The notes below the pieces were generated by a model, which searched no databases, was not told the DNA's origin, and was given only the letters and a program-made list of their open reading frames with translations. Shown in pieces: positions 14,862-27,005 of a stretch of DNA of 64,000 nt (position 1 is its first letter; each line of letters opens with the position of its first letter). Source of the stretch: Octopus vulgaris (taxonomy: Eukaryota); NCBI GenBank assembly GCA_951406725.2, contig OX597816.1, positions 41,044,001-41,108,000 of the forward strand, written 5' to 3'. Position numbers and translations under genes: made by a program.

Positions 14862-15946
14862 GTGTACCTACTATTTCTCAAAAACGAGCCGTGTGAGAGA
14901 GACTGCCGTGTTCGATCGTAAAATATCTATTTTCAGTTAGAGTTACGTGAAATGATATATTTAGCGATAAAACGAATGGCAAAACGACCTCACTGAAACA
15001 AAATATTCAGAAGAATATTTTCTTTGCGTCGAAATATTCATCATATGTCACGAAGTCATTAAGTGAACTCATGAAACTTTAATTTTGACAAAATTGAAAT
15101 GCGCTATAATTTACTCTACTATTTTTGCTTTCTTGTTTCTTTAAAAAAAATGCGTTATACAATATTGAAAGTAAGCAACTAAACGGTTCACGTGTGTTCA
15201 TACACACAAACAGGTGCACGGGCACATACACGCACATAAAAATCAATATATTTGCTTGTGTGTGTATTCGTGAGCTTTGTCTCTGAGTTTTATGATGTAA
15301 AGTTTAAGCTAGAAAATTAGATTAGATATACGCAGTTCAACTACAGTGATGGCTCAATATTAGAGATGCATGGCTTGGTAGATAATATGTATGTTATTAA
15401 AATTATTTGGTTTTAGTTTCGAAATTTTCGCATTTCTCAAAGATCTTCCAAATAAGATCTTCCGTGCGTTAGCTTCAATCAAAGAAAGCCACCAGCACAG
15501 TCGTCTCTTCTTCAAATAGTCTCTTTAACTATTTCCTTGCACAACAAGTACTTATTCTCACAAAACTTTTCGGATTCTATGTGCCACAAGTATTTGAAGA
15601 TCGTTTGATTTTTAATATTTTTTTTTTATTCTGCTCCGCCGTCTATCCTTCGTCTCGAATATTTCAAAATTGATGGAAACCTTCATTAACTACGTTCTCC
15701 ACGGTGAACTCTTCCCTGCATTAGAAAAAAAAGCCTCACGGTGTTTGCGGATCATGTTCTACCTGAAAGACTTCTCTTAGCTCACTAAGAAGGTGATTCA
15801 TTTCGTTAAAAAATGGTATGTCACTCGAAATGAATAAACGTTTGTGTTGATTTATAAGATTACACCCCCTTACACACCTACATATATTTATATATGTATG
15901 TATATATATACATTGAAAGTAAGCAACTAAACGGTTCACGTGTGTT

Positions 15947-16162
15947 TTCAACATGTGACCTCGTGAGCACCGCCAGCAATTTTTTTTCCTCTGTCTTCCC
16001 TTCTCGGGATCTTTCCTTCTCCTTTGTTTCCGACGAAGAGCTCCGCTCGAAACGTTAAACCCTCCTTCTTCCCTTCTTTCCCGAGCGTCCAAATAATACT
16101 TTATTTGTTTCACGTCCTCGTGTTGGTGTGTTTTTTTTTGTGTGTTCTTGTTTGGATTAACT
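15947..16162 (+). mobile_element. Family B HHR element, second copy
   Basis: Reverse complement of 5885-6102. Confidence 0.8.
16026..16060 (+). ncRNA. Minimal 35-nt hammerhead variant (U4C, extra A after A9)
   Basis: GUUU-CCGACGA-A-GAGC UCC GCUC-GAA-ACGU-U-AAAC. Confidence 0.72.
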
Positions 16163-16405
16163 TTATATATATATATATATATATAGAAAGAGAGAGAGAG
16201 AGAGGGAGAGAGAGACAAACAGATAAAGAGATAAACGATAGAAATTGGAAAGAACGGCCTTCTTTATTTAAAATCACTACAATTGTTTTGGCACAATTTT
16301 ACACCTGATCATTATCATACATCCGAAGTAGGCATACATACAAAAGGTATGCATTCTAGAACTGAAGGAAACGATGAGATGATCTAGAGAAAACAATTTA
16401 AACGA

Positions 16406-16507
16406 TCACCAGACGAGGTGCCTTTTACACCTTGCATGTATGATAAGGATTGCAGAGCATCTTTCAAAGGTACAGGGTGTAAAAACGTGTCGAAACAATT
16501 GTAGTGA
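16406..16507 (+). ncRNA. Hammerhead variant (U4A) with long helix II
   Basis: UCAC-CAGACGA-GGUGC..UUUUACACCU..GGGUGUAAAA..GUGUC-GAA-ACAAUUGU-A-GUGA. Confidence 0.7.
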
Positions 16508-16678
16508 GCATTCCATTTTCTATCGTTTATCTGTTTATAAAAGCTATAGGGCTATTATGGAATCCATGATATGTATACATCTTCAGGAGCATTTCCACTG
16601 TATGATGACATCAGATAACCAATAACTGTGGAAGAGATTTGCATCGCATTCTATAAGGTATATATATATATATATGTA

Positions 16679-16714
<36 letters not shown>

Positions 16715-18197
16715 TGTATGTATGTATGTATGTATGTATGTGTGTGTGTGAGTGAGTGCCTGTGTATACACATAAGGGAAATAAGGTGTTAGGTGAGAGA
16801 GTAGGTGTTCATTACATATATATATATATATATTACTGAACAATACCTGTAACATTTAATTAATTTTGTCCTCTATTTCTAAGGTATTTTGAGGTCTATT
16901 TACTGTTGATGTTACACAAATGTTGTCTCACTCTTTCTCCATTTATCTCTCTACCCCTTTCTCCCCTCCCTCTCTCTCTCATATACACATACATGCACCC
17001 GTCTTCTGCTCTCATACACACGCAATCTCCTATAATGTTCTCCTTAAAAATATGCTGAGATGCACATTCACAAACTTAATCAGCTTTCAAACAATAATTC
17101 ATTCTAACCTCTGCTCATCATTATCGGAATCTCAGAGGTTTTGCTCACAGAATGTCACTCCATGCGTTTACCCTTTTCTCTTGAAGGATATAGTGAAAGT
17201 TAACGTGCAATTTTAGCGCATATTCTCACATACTATAACTATTTTAAATTATACATTTCTTCTATTTTCCTTTTTCGTTTCGGCAGTAAAACCAAGAAAC
17301 ATTCAATACACGATAAAAAAAAAAAAATTAAATGAAGAGTAAAATCTGGTGAATGTGAAATGTCAATTACAACAGATTGATTTATTTTCATCGCTGAAGA
17401 TTTAATATTATTTAATTAAAATGTATTGCTTTATTGCCAGTATGCTAGTCTCCATATTAAGATTTAATAAAAATGTTAGCCCGTCACACATCTGGTGAAT
17501 GATTACGGAAAATTTTTCGGTTTCTTCAAATCTGTAAATAGATGTATAGCATGAATGTTTACATTTAATAGTTATACGAATTTCATAATCATATAAATGA
17601 TATTGAAGATAAACGTTAGTTGTTCATCTATCGTTTGATGTTTGTTCGTCGTGTATATATTTTTCTGTAAATACCTAACTTTAGGTCGAAACGGTTCCAG
17701 CGCCACACCTATAAACAAACGTTTCTAACTACAAATTTATTTGGGTATCGGGAAACACATTTTCAGAGAAGTATTTTTATAGGCTAGCACTCGGAAGTGT
17801 TTGTACAGGTCTACTGATCGCCAAAATATTTGTTCTCCTATATTGAAATTTACGCTGCAGGCAAATTAACATAGGCACAATTGGTTGGTAACCACTAACG
17901 AAAATATAACATTCAAGCAACGTATCTCTAAATTCATGATCATTCATAAATATCATGAAACGTGAGTTACCTAGACATGCAATTTTGTCTAGGTAACTCT
18001 CCACATATATCACGAAGTCATTAAGTAAACGCATGCAGTTTCAACATTTAATAAAATTGAAGATTTGAATTTCATTTAAATTTACTTACTTTCTTGGAAT
18101 GAAATGTAATTATATCACTGTTAGTGAATAAAGATGTTACACATACGTATACGTATATATGTAAGTATACAGAGATATATGTGAGCGTGTTTGTAAA

Positions 18198-18653
18198 TTT
18201 TGCGTATGGAAGAACATATTGACCTCCTGGAATCTGTCCAGAGACGTGCAACCAAACGCATACCCTCCATCAGACACCTACCATATTCTGAGCGCCTTGT
18301 TTCCCTGGGCATGGATTCACTGAAGCTCCGGCGTCTAGCGACGGACTTGGTAAACACCCACAAGGTTATCAACCACCTCACCAACAACAACACTGAACAC
18401 CTTTTTGATCTCCATGTGTCTAACACACGTGGACATGCCTACAAAGTCAGAAAACAGCACAGCTCCCATGACTTTCGGAAACATTTTTTCACGCTCAGGG
18501 TTGCTGAAGCGTGGAATAAACTGCCTGCATCAGTTGTTGACTGCCATGACACTGCATCCTTTAAGGCCCTCATGCTTCCCGAAATCCGTCGAATCTACAC
18601 CTGATTATATATACACTTTAGATGAGTTGTAGTGCACCTGAGCACTGTACACA

Positions 18654-18719
<66 letters not shown>
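18198..18719 (+). mobile_element. 5'-truncated CR1-clade LINE 3' end with (TTA)n tail
   Basis: ORF 18200-18604: LLESVQRRATKRIP..YSERL..TRGH..FFTLRVAEAWNKLPASVV, the typical CR1 ORF2 C-terminus. Confidence 0.9.
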
Positions 18720-18721
<2 letters not shown>

Positions 18722-18749
18722 CTCACATTTATAGTTTATATGCATATAT

Positions 18750-19780
18750 GATGTCTGCCTCCTCGTTATCGAGTATGGCCATTGCACGAGGCTTAACGGT
18801 AATGTGATCGAACGTGACTCTTTAGCGCAGCTAAAGATTTACAATATCTTGTACAGAATTGGCAGTTCAAACTTTTATCGGCAATAGGCTGCTGCAGTTG
18901 TAATTGGGCTCCATGTACCTGTGCATGTCGTTTGAGTCCTCCCGCCGAACTGAACTCTCTTCCACATGCTTGACAGATATGATTAGTATGATCTGTAGCA
19001 CCTCCACCAGCAACCTGGTTGTCAATCATTGGTCTCGCTTTATGACTACGAAGATGACTCTTGAGTCCAGCCTTACTGAGGCAGGGTCTTCTACAGACAC
19101 TGCATGTCAGCGTCATAGGAAGAACCTTAGCATCTGGAAGTGCAACAGTGATGCCCTTCCTGACATCCCTCCTTACTTTGTCATGCGCAACTCGAGATTT
19201 CTCAAAAGTAGCTGTCTCTTCATACACAATCCTTCTGCACCTGCTACAGTCAATAGCTATGCCCTCCCATATGTCAGAAGAGATGCTAGCATCCTTTACG
19301 AAAGCCTTCAACAAGTCTTTATAACTCTTTTTGGATTTATGTGGAGGTAGTTCTCTTTTAGCTATCTCTCCAAATAAGAGTTGCTTTGGCATCATACCAG
19401 ATGACCACTCAATCTGAGCCTTTGCTTCAACACAAGAGCTTCTATAATTCCACACCAATAATTCAAGATCACTGATACTGTTCTCCCACTTAATGCCATA
19501 GATCCACACATCTGATGGAAACGTTCCAGTTGTTTAAGGTGGTATCGATATGTGACCCAGGTCTCGCAGGCATAAAGAAGAGAATAGAGCACACACGCCT
19601 TGTACACCATTATGTTTTTCTTCCTGCATATCTCGCTGATTCCAGAGGCGCCTTTCTAGCTTTCCGAAAACATCACTTGTTTTCCTAATTCTGTATGAGA
19701 TTTCATTATACAAATTGCTATATCTATTAACAGTGCTTCCCAGGTAGACAAACTGATCAACTACACCAAGTCGTTTACCA
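18750..19780 (-). mobile_element. 5'-truncated RTE-clade LINE with C-terminal C2H2 zinc fingers, frameshifted
   Basis: VVDQFVYLGSTV..EISYRI..FGKLERRLW; VYKACVLYSLLYACETW; PKQLLFGE; three CxxC..H..H fingers. Confidence 0.88.
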
Positions 19781-20634
19781 TACACACACAAAAACACACA
19801 GCCACACACACATACATACCTACACACATACACACACATATACACACATATACATACAGGTGTATATGTATGTCTATGGATGTATCCTTCATTGTGCAGT
19901 CTACATCATATAAATATTTCGAAAGGAACCATGAAGAGATGTAGATAAATATATGAATTAAATAAACGCGTGTAATCCCTGCATCAGTACGTTCACAAGA
20001 ATATATATCGGCACAAAAGCCTTTTCATATACATTCGCGGCTGTTGAAGCAAACATGTTTAGAAAACAGATTAAAAGTGTCTTAATTTACTATTGCAGTA
20101 AAATTACCTTGTAGGTAGTATAACCTTTGTAAATATACTCGATACTTTCGAGTATAGGCATATGTTTATGTACATTACTGTAACATTGATATTTTTGCCG
20201 TGCGCATGGAAACTATTGAAGTTACTATTAATTTCAATTACGTCAGTATTGTTTTAGAGAGAATAACCTGCAGGGAAATTTCTGAGAAATATCTACACCT
20301 TTTCAAACAATAATGAAATGGATTTGACAATTGATTTCTGTACAGATTAAAACAATGTTTTGTACAACATTTATAAAACGTTCACGTACGCTTAGATGTG
20401 GAGAGGCATATGCTATGGAAGAAGATACTCTGTGATGTGGAATTCATTGTAAAATGGGGAATACTTTACATCGTATAGTGTAACAGTTGCTATACGTTTC
20501 ACCCCTTATAATTTCATATAGTGCATGGTGCATATGCCCCTACAAAAACACACACTCACACTCACAGAGGTACACACATACACATACATACATACTTCCC
20601 CCCACATATATATATATATACACACACACACACA

Positions 20635-20677
<43 letters not shown>

Positions 20678-21129
20678 TAATATATATTGTGATGAAAACG
20701 AGAAGAGTTGAATAATACATGTCGAAATTCAATACATACACGCATATAAGTGCATACACAATTAGACTAGTACACTGTACGACACGCACACAGACACAGA
20801 TACACTCACACGTAAATACATACACACACATGCACACACGCAAACACCCACTCACATCCGCGCACACACACGCACGCACAATCGTATATGCGCTTTAAAT
20901 ATATTTGTTCAAGCCAAAACAAATGGAAGTGATAACAAAATGGAATCAAATGTTAATACTTTATCATATTGCTTCAATATTCCACGTTTAGGACCCTACT
21001 TTAACAACTTTTCTACGGAAATTTCCTGAAGACGTGATCCTAACCGCGAAATATTGGCATAATTAAATAACACTAACCATCGAATCATTTTCTTGTAACT
21101 CTGTATGAAAAATAATTAAAAAGTAGACG

Positions 21130-21290
21130 CGAGCATGGGTGTGCAGTAAGAAGCTTACTTCCCAACCACATAGTTCTCGGTTTAGTCCCACTCCGTAGGA
21201 CCTTAGGCAAGTGTTTTCTGCAATAGATTCGATCCGACCAACGTCTCGTGAGTAGATTTGCTGAACGGAAACCGAAAGAAGACCGTCGTA
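21130..21290 (-). mobile_element. Diverged SINE 5' part
   Basis: Homology to the SINE head at 1211. The sequence appears collinear with the + copies, so the strand call is uncertain. Confidence 0.6.
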
Positions 21291-22636
21291 TATATGTATA
21301 TGCGTGTGTGTGTTTATACTCATTGTCATCATCACCAACATCAACATCATGAACCACATAAAGTTTATCATGAACTCTACGTTATAGAGTTCATGATAAA
21401 AACTTAACAATTTCTTTTTTTGTTTTTTACTAAATGATTTTGAATGCATTATCTTGCAATTGTAATATGTATTTGAATAGAATAAATTATTTAAGAAGCA
21501 TTTTTCTGTTTTTCTCATGTTGCTGTCGTTTACGAATTTTAAAACAAGGAAAAATTGCAAGCAAAATCAGTTTTATATGCAAGGATTGTTATATGTTTGA
21601 CATTAATCAATTAAAATTTGTTGTCTTATTAAGAAAATTATGCGAGTACACTTATTTAATTTTCAAAAACTTTTAAATTTCTTCTGCATATTTGTTGCGA
21701 ATCAAGTGCGTTACTTCTATTGTCTTATAACTATGAATAATACATTTGTTGGGCGTGAATGTTTACACCTAATCGACTTTTAAATTACGTTATGGGAATA
21801 ATGAAAGCCAAAGTAATGTTAATGTGGCTTTGTCAAACGGTACAGCAGCCTTCAATTCCTTTTCCGCTTTGTTATTGTTATTGTGATTATTGCTATTGTC
21901 ATTGTTGACCCCAAACCGAAAGTGTTCTGACTCCGATCATCCTTTCATTCCTTACATCTGGGGACATAGTTTCTTAAAAAAAAAATGTCTGATTATGGTA
22001 GTCTCTGACGGACAAGAGTGAAAATGTGTACGATATTTCTACAGCTACAGAGACTGTTTGCTGCTTTCCGTGATGATTCATCGTTAATTTGTCTTTCTTT
22101 AGATGTACGTGAAATTATACAATATTGCTTTAAATGCAATAGCGAAAAAAAAACGTTCAAACAATTTAATAATTGAAAAACAGATAAGAAATCATTTTTG
22201 GCGTCAATATGTTGCTCATATGTCACGAAGTCATTAATGAACGCATGGAATTATGATTTTTAATAGAATTGAAATTGGATTTATTTTTGTGATTTATTTT
22301 TGCTTGCTTACTCTCAAAAATAAAATAAGCAGAAAATAACTCAGAATATATTACTATGAATAATTAAAGTGATCGTGTTTGTATATGTTCTATTTTTATG
22401 TATCTAAGCACTTATATTACTTTGTCAATATGAGCACCTGCATAATGGGTTTGTTCAGATATATATTTAAATTATATACAATACACACATACATATGATG
22501 CACGTACATATATTTATATCTGTATCCATATCTATCTATCCGTCTTTCTCTCTTTATGACAGTCTCTCTGTCCCTCAGTCTCCGTCTCTCACTCCGTGCA
22601 TCCTGCCCTCTCGTCTTTCTGTATATGTATATATAA

Positions 22637-22687
<51 letters not shown>

Positions 22688-22692
<5 letters not shown>

Positions 22693-23220
22693 GCTAGGCC
22701 ACTGGTAATAATAATTTCTATAATTCTTATTACCCTAATATTATTTATTACGTTTAAATATTTTTTGATAGATTTGTTCGATATTTTTACCGGCATCCTC
22801 TCTGTCGCCGGAAATAAACTGCATCGACGTAGTTGTTTTCAAAAATTAGGATATACAAGCAACTTGTTTACAGGCGAATGTAGTTGTGTGTATATTTGAA
22901 ATCTAAAGGCTTCCTACTGATGAAACTAGCCTCAGGGAATATTTTTTTACTGGAATGAGTTAGAAACCATGGTCTAGGAATTAAATTAGATGGTTAAGGT
23001 TTTTTTTATTTTCAATTCTTTCGAGAATTTATCCATAATTAGTGGTTTGAGTTTTCTACTGCTCTTTCTAGCACGAGGCTTTCCTATTTCGAAGCCTCTT
23101 AATGTGTTCTAATGTACACGATATTTTTATGTGAATAATTTACAGTCTATTGACTATTTTTTGTGCTAGGCCATTGGTAATAATAATTTCTATAATTCTT
23201 ATTACCCTAATATGATTTAT
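22688..23220 (+). mobile_element. Retrozyme-like non-coding element: 472-nt unit plus 61-nt terminal direct repeat, inside (TA)n
   Basis: 22688-22748 matches 23160-23220 (2 mismatches seen); central HHR; no ORF. Confidence 0.8.
22911..22980 (+). ncRNA. Type I hammerhead ribozyme, canonical core
   Basis: UUCCUA-CUGAUGA-AACU..AGUU-A-GAA-ACCAUGGU-C-UAGGAA; 6-bp helix I, palindromic helix III. Confidence 0.88.
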
Positions 23221-23254
23221 ATATATATATATGTATGTATGTATGTATGTATGA

Positions 23255-23308
<54 letters not shown>

Positions 23309-24304
23309 ATATATATATATATATATACATTTGTTGTGGATGCCATTTTCTTACAAAAGTTTACTCCCGTACGAGTGCGGGTATTGTACCATAGTTGTTT
23401 CACCGTAGACTAATGTCTCAGATATCGATTGTTTTATCAACTATATGTAAATCGTTGCAAAAAGGATACTATATGATTTATTAACGTCTATAAAGAGAAA
23501 AGTGAATGATAGTTGTACCACTAAAACAGGTGTACATACTTGATATTGAAGACGAAATGTGGGTGTCACGGTTTTATCTCTCCACACATCTTTTCGATTC
23601 CAACACTTTTACAGTATGAGTATTTCGGCTTCTACCTTCCTTGTTTAGGCGGCCAACACTAAAACTTAAATTCATTCGAAATTACCTAGGTATCTTTGGA
23701 ATAAAAGACATACCCTTATTAACTCATAAATTCTAATCACGAAAATGCTGTCAAACTAGATATTAAGTCAGAACTTTATTTGTGTTCAGGTGCACTAGCG
23801 CTGAAGCGACATTGATCTATGCCGTGATCATCACCCCTTCTTATTTCTTCATTGCCCACAATGGGTTAAACACAAAGGGGACAAACAAGGACAGAGGGAT
23901 TAAGTCGATTACATCAACCCCAGTGCGTAACACTCCTTCTGTCGAGTGTTTTTCTCTTGCTTGGTTTCTCGGAAACCTCTTCCCTGGCCAGGCTAACTCG
24001 GTAGAGATGCCAATTTAGTCGTTAATAACTGAACCACGCCTGATATTTTACCGGATCCTATTAGAAGTAGAACTCAGTCTGAGCTGAATAATCTCTCCGT
24101 TATCATTTGATGATTCTGCCGCTTTAGAATCGACATTAATTCAGTTCGATATGTAGTGCTCTGGATTTTTTGCCAGTAGCGCTTATTCATTTCACAAAAT
24201 GTTTACTCAATGGTATTTCCTTTGAGTAAAGGCACACAAGTTTCTATTCGTCCTTTTATTTCCATTGAAGATTGGTAATATTTTGTCTGGTAATGTCACC
24301 AAGG

Positions 24305-25224
24305 AACACAATAGAACAGTATTTAAATGTATGTGCCATGACAACTTCATATGAAAGCATGATAATGTAAAAAATAATTTCAAAAGACATGTATCTGCAC
24401 GTTCAAATTCATATTCTCTTATAGATATTATATAATATTATATATTCTCCGTAATCATGGATATTCATCTTGAAGATTTTTTTAAATAATTTCAATACAC
24501 TAAAGAAATCTTAAGATTATTCTCATTTGCACGATATTTTTGATAAATCATCTTCTTCCAAGTAAACTTCAGGTTCATGTAAACTAAGATATATTTTTTG
24601 TTAATCTTCAAACGATCATTTGGATTAATTTGAATAACGGTGGATTCTTACTCAGATAAATGATACGAGACCTTTCATGTCATATAACATTCTTCTAATT
24701 CGAATGGAAACTGTTGCTTCACAGCTAAATGATTAATGGTTAAGCTCATTAGATATATTTTCGATTTTAATTCTGTGAACGCGTTGTCCATTTAAATAAC
24801 ACAGGAATGTCATTTCTTCTCTCCTTCATTTATTTATTTGTTGGTATTTCTATTTTGCATCAGGTTGCAAATTTATTGATGCGACACACAATTGAACACA
24901 ATAGAACAGTATTTAAATGTATGTGCCATGACAAATTCATATGAAAGCATGATAATGTAAAAAATAATTTCAAAAGACATGTATCTGCACGTTCAAATTC
25001 ATATTCTCTTATAGATATTATATAATATTATATATTCTCCGTAATCATGGATATTCATCTTGAAGATTTTTTTAAATAATTTCAATACACTAAAGAAATC
25101 TTAAGATTATTCTCATTTGCACGATATTTTTGATAAATCATCTTCTTCCAAGTAAACTTCAGGTTCATGTAAACTAAGATATATTTTTTGTTAATCTTCA
25201 AACGATCATTTGGATTAATTTGAA
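24305..25224 (+). repeat. About 330-bp direct duplication (24305-24635 vs 24894-25224)
   Basis: GAACACAATAGAACAGTATTTAAATG...TTGGATTAATTTGAAT occurs twice, nearly identical, offset 589 bp. Confidence 0.92.
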
Positions 25225-26249
25225 TTAATCTCACGATACATCATTCCTTGATTTTGGTTACTATAATAATGTATTGTTTTCTTTTTGCATACATAAAGAT
25301 ATATGTACGGCAAACAAGCAACTCTTTAGCTACGAAAGACAAAGCAAAACCATCTAAAGAATGAGCTTATTCATAACAAATTACGATGAGTGTGTAATAT
25401 CTCCTATTTTTGTATTGTTTGAACAATTGTGTTGAGATTGTTGATGATTTGTTTTGTTTAAGTACATATTCCTTTCAAATTGCGGCAGTATGTTTCATAA
25501 TTGACTTAGGACGGTTATGGTCAGTTATTTTTTTAAAAATTAGATTTTAATTTTCTCTTATAGATTTGAAATATCGTTTGACTATTTCTACGACCGTTTC
25601 TAATGTATGTATTTCATATCAATTCCATATATATGTGGGCACAAATCTTAATGCTTACGACTGCAGTTTATCTGTCTTCTTGAAACTCAAAATTTTATCT
25701 TCTCAAATTCACGTCACCTATATGTTTACTTGAATCAAAACTCATTGTATAATACTCCTGCTTATCGACAAGATCCAATACTGTCGACCCTAATTTTAAT
25801 CTTTATCACTCCACTTGTGTCGCTTACAAACATGAGCTAAAAACTTATTCTTTATCACCTCATCTTATTTTACCATCTTGTTGTACTAACACCTTTTACA
25901 CCGACTATAAATTAAAAACTCCATCATCTAATTTTTTACACTAACATTTGCCATTATGGTGTACAGAAGAATGTAGTCAAGGGAGATCAATGTAAAATTG
26001 TAAACCTGTTTTGCTAGAATTCTATCTGAAATCAGCTTGAAGCACCAACATGATTACTTTCATCTGTTACTCTTTAAAAAGACGAAGTGTTGGATTGTGG
26101 CTTTCTCTCTGAATCTATGACAATATTCGTGATTTGATAAATGTTCATTTCCCTTCAATTGCATTTAATAAAAAAAATAATCAGCGAATGAGCATTAATG
26201 TTATTTACTATTGCCGAGCAGGTTTCCTTACAAATATTTGTTATTTTTT

Positions 26250-27005
26250 AAGGCGGCGAGCTAGTAGAAATGTTAGCACGCCGGATGAAATGCTTAGTGG
26301 TATTTCATCTGTGGTTACGTTGTGAGTTCAAATTCCGCCGAGGTCGACTTTGCCTTTCATCCTTTCGGGGTCGATAAATTAAGTACCAGTTACGCACTGG
26401 GGTCGATGTATTCGACTTAATACCTATGTCTGTCCTTGTTTGTCCCCTCTGTGTTTAGCCCCTTGTGGGTAATAAAGAAATAGGTATTTCGTCTGCGGTT
26501 ACGTTCTGAGTTCAAATTCCGCCGAGGTCGACTTTGCCATTCATCCTTTCGGGGTCGATTAAATAAGTATCACATTACGCACTGGGGTCGATATAATCGA
26601 CTTAATCTGTTACTTTCTGAGTTCAAATTCTGCCGAGGTCGACTTTGCCTTTCATCCTTTCGGGGTCGATTAAATAAGTATCACTTACGCACTGGGGTCG
26701 ATATAATCGACTTAATCTGTTACTTTCTGAGTTCAAATTCCGCCTAGGTTGACTTTGCCTTTCATCTTTTCGGGGTCGATTAAGTAAGTACCAGTTACGC
26801 AATGGGGTCGATATAATCGACTTTAACCCTTGTTTGTCCCTTATGTGTTTAGCCCCTTGTGGGTAGTAAAGAAATATGTATTTCGTCTGTCTTTAGGTTT
26901 TGAGTTCAAATTCCGCCGAGGTCAATTTTGTCCTTCATCCTTTCGGGATCGATAAATTAAGTACCAGTTACGTACTGGGATCGATCTAATGGACTGGCTC
27001 CCTCT
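26250..27005 (+). mobile_element. Second SINE family with its body tandemly amplified five times
   Basis: Head AAGGCGGCGAGCTAGTAGAAATGTTAGCACG followed by 5 copies of TGAGTTCAAATTCCGCCGAGGTCGACTTTGCCTTTCATCCTTTCGGGGTCGAT; related copies at 23855-23930 (-) and 57777-57980. Confidence 0.8.

Noticed and set aside
21024-21057. CTGAAGA-C-GTG..CGC-GAAATATT-GG possible minimal HHR
   Set aside because: Helix I is only about 2 bp and helix II is weak; compatible with chance.
26315-27005. CRISPR-like repeat array
   Set aside because: Units are long SINE-derived tandem copies without unique spacers; eukaryotic context, no cas genes.
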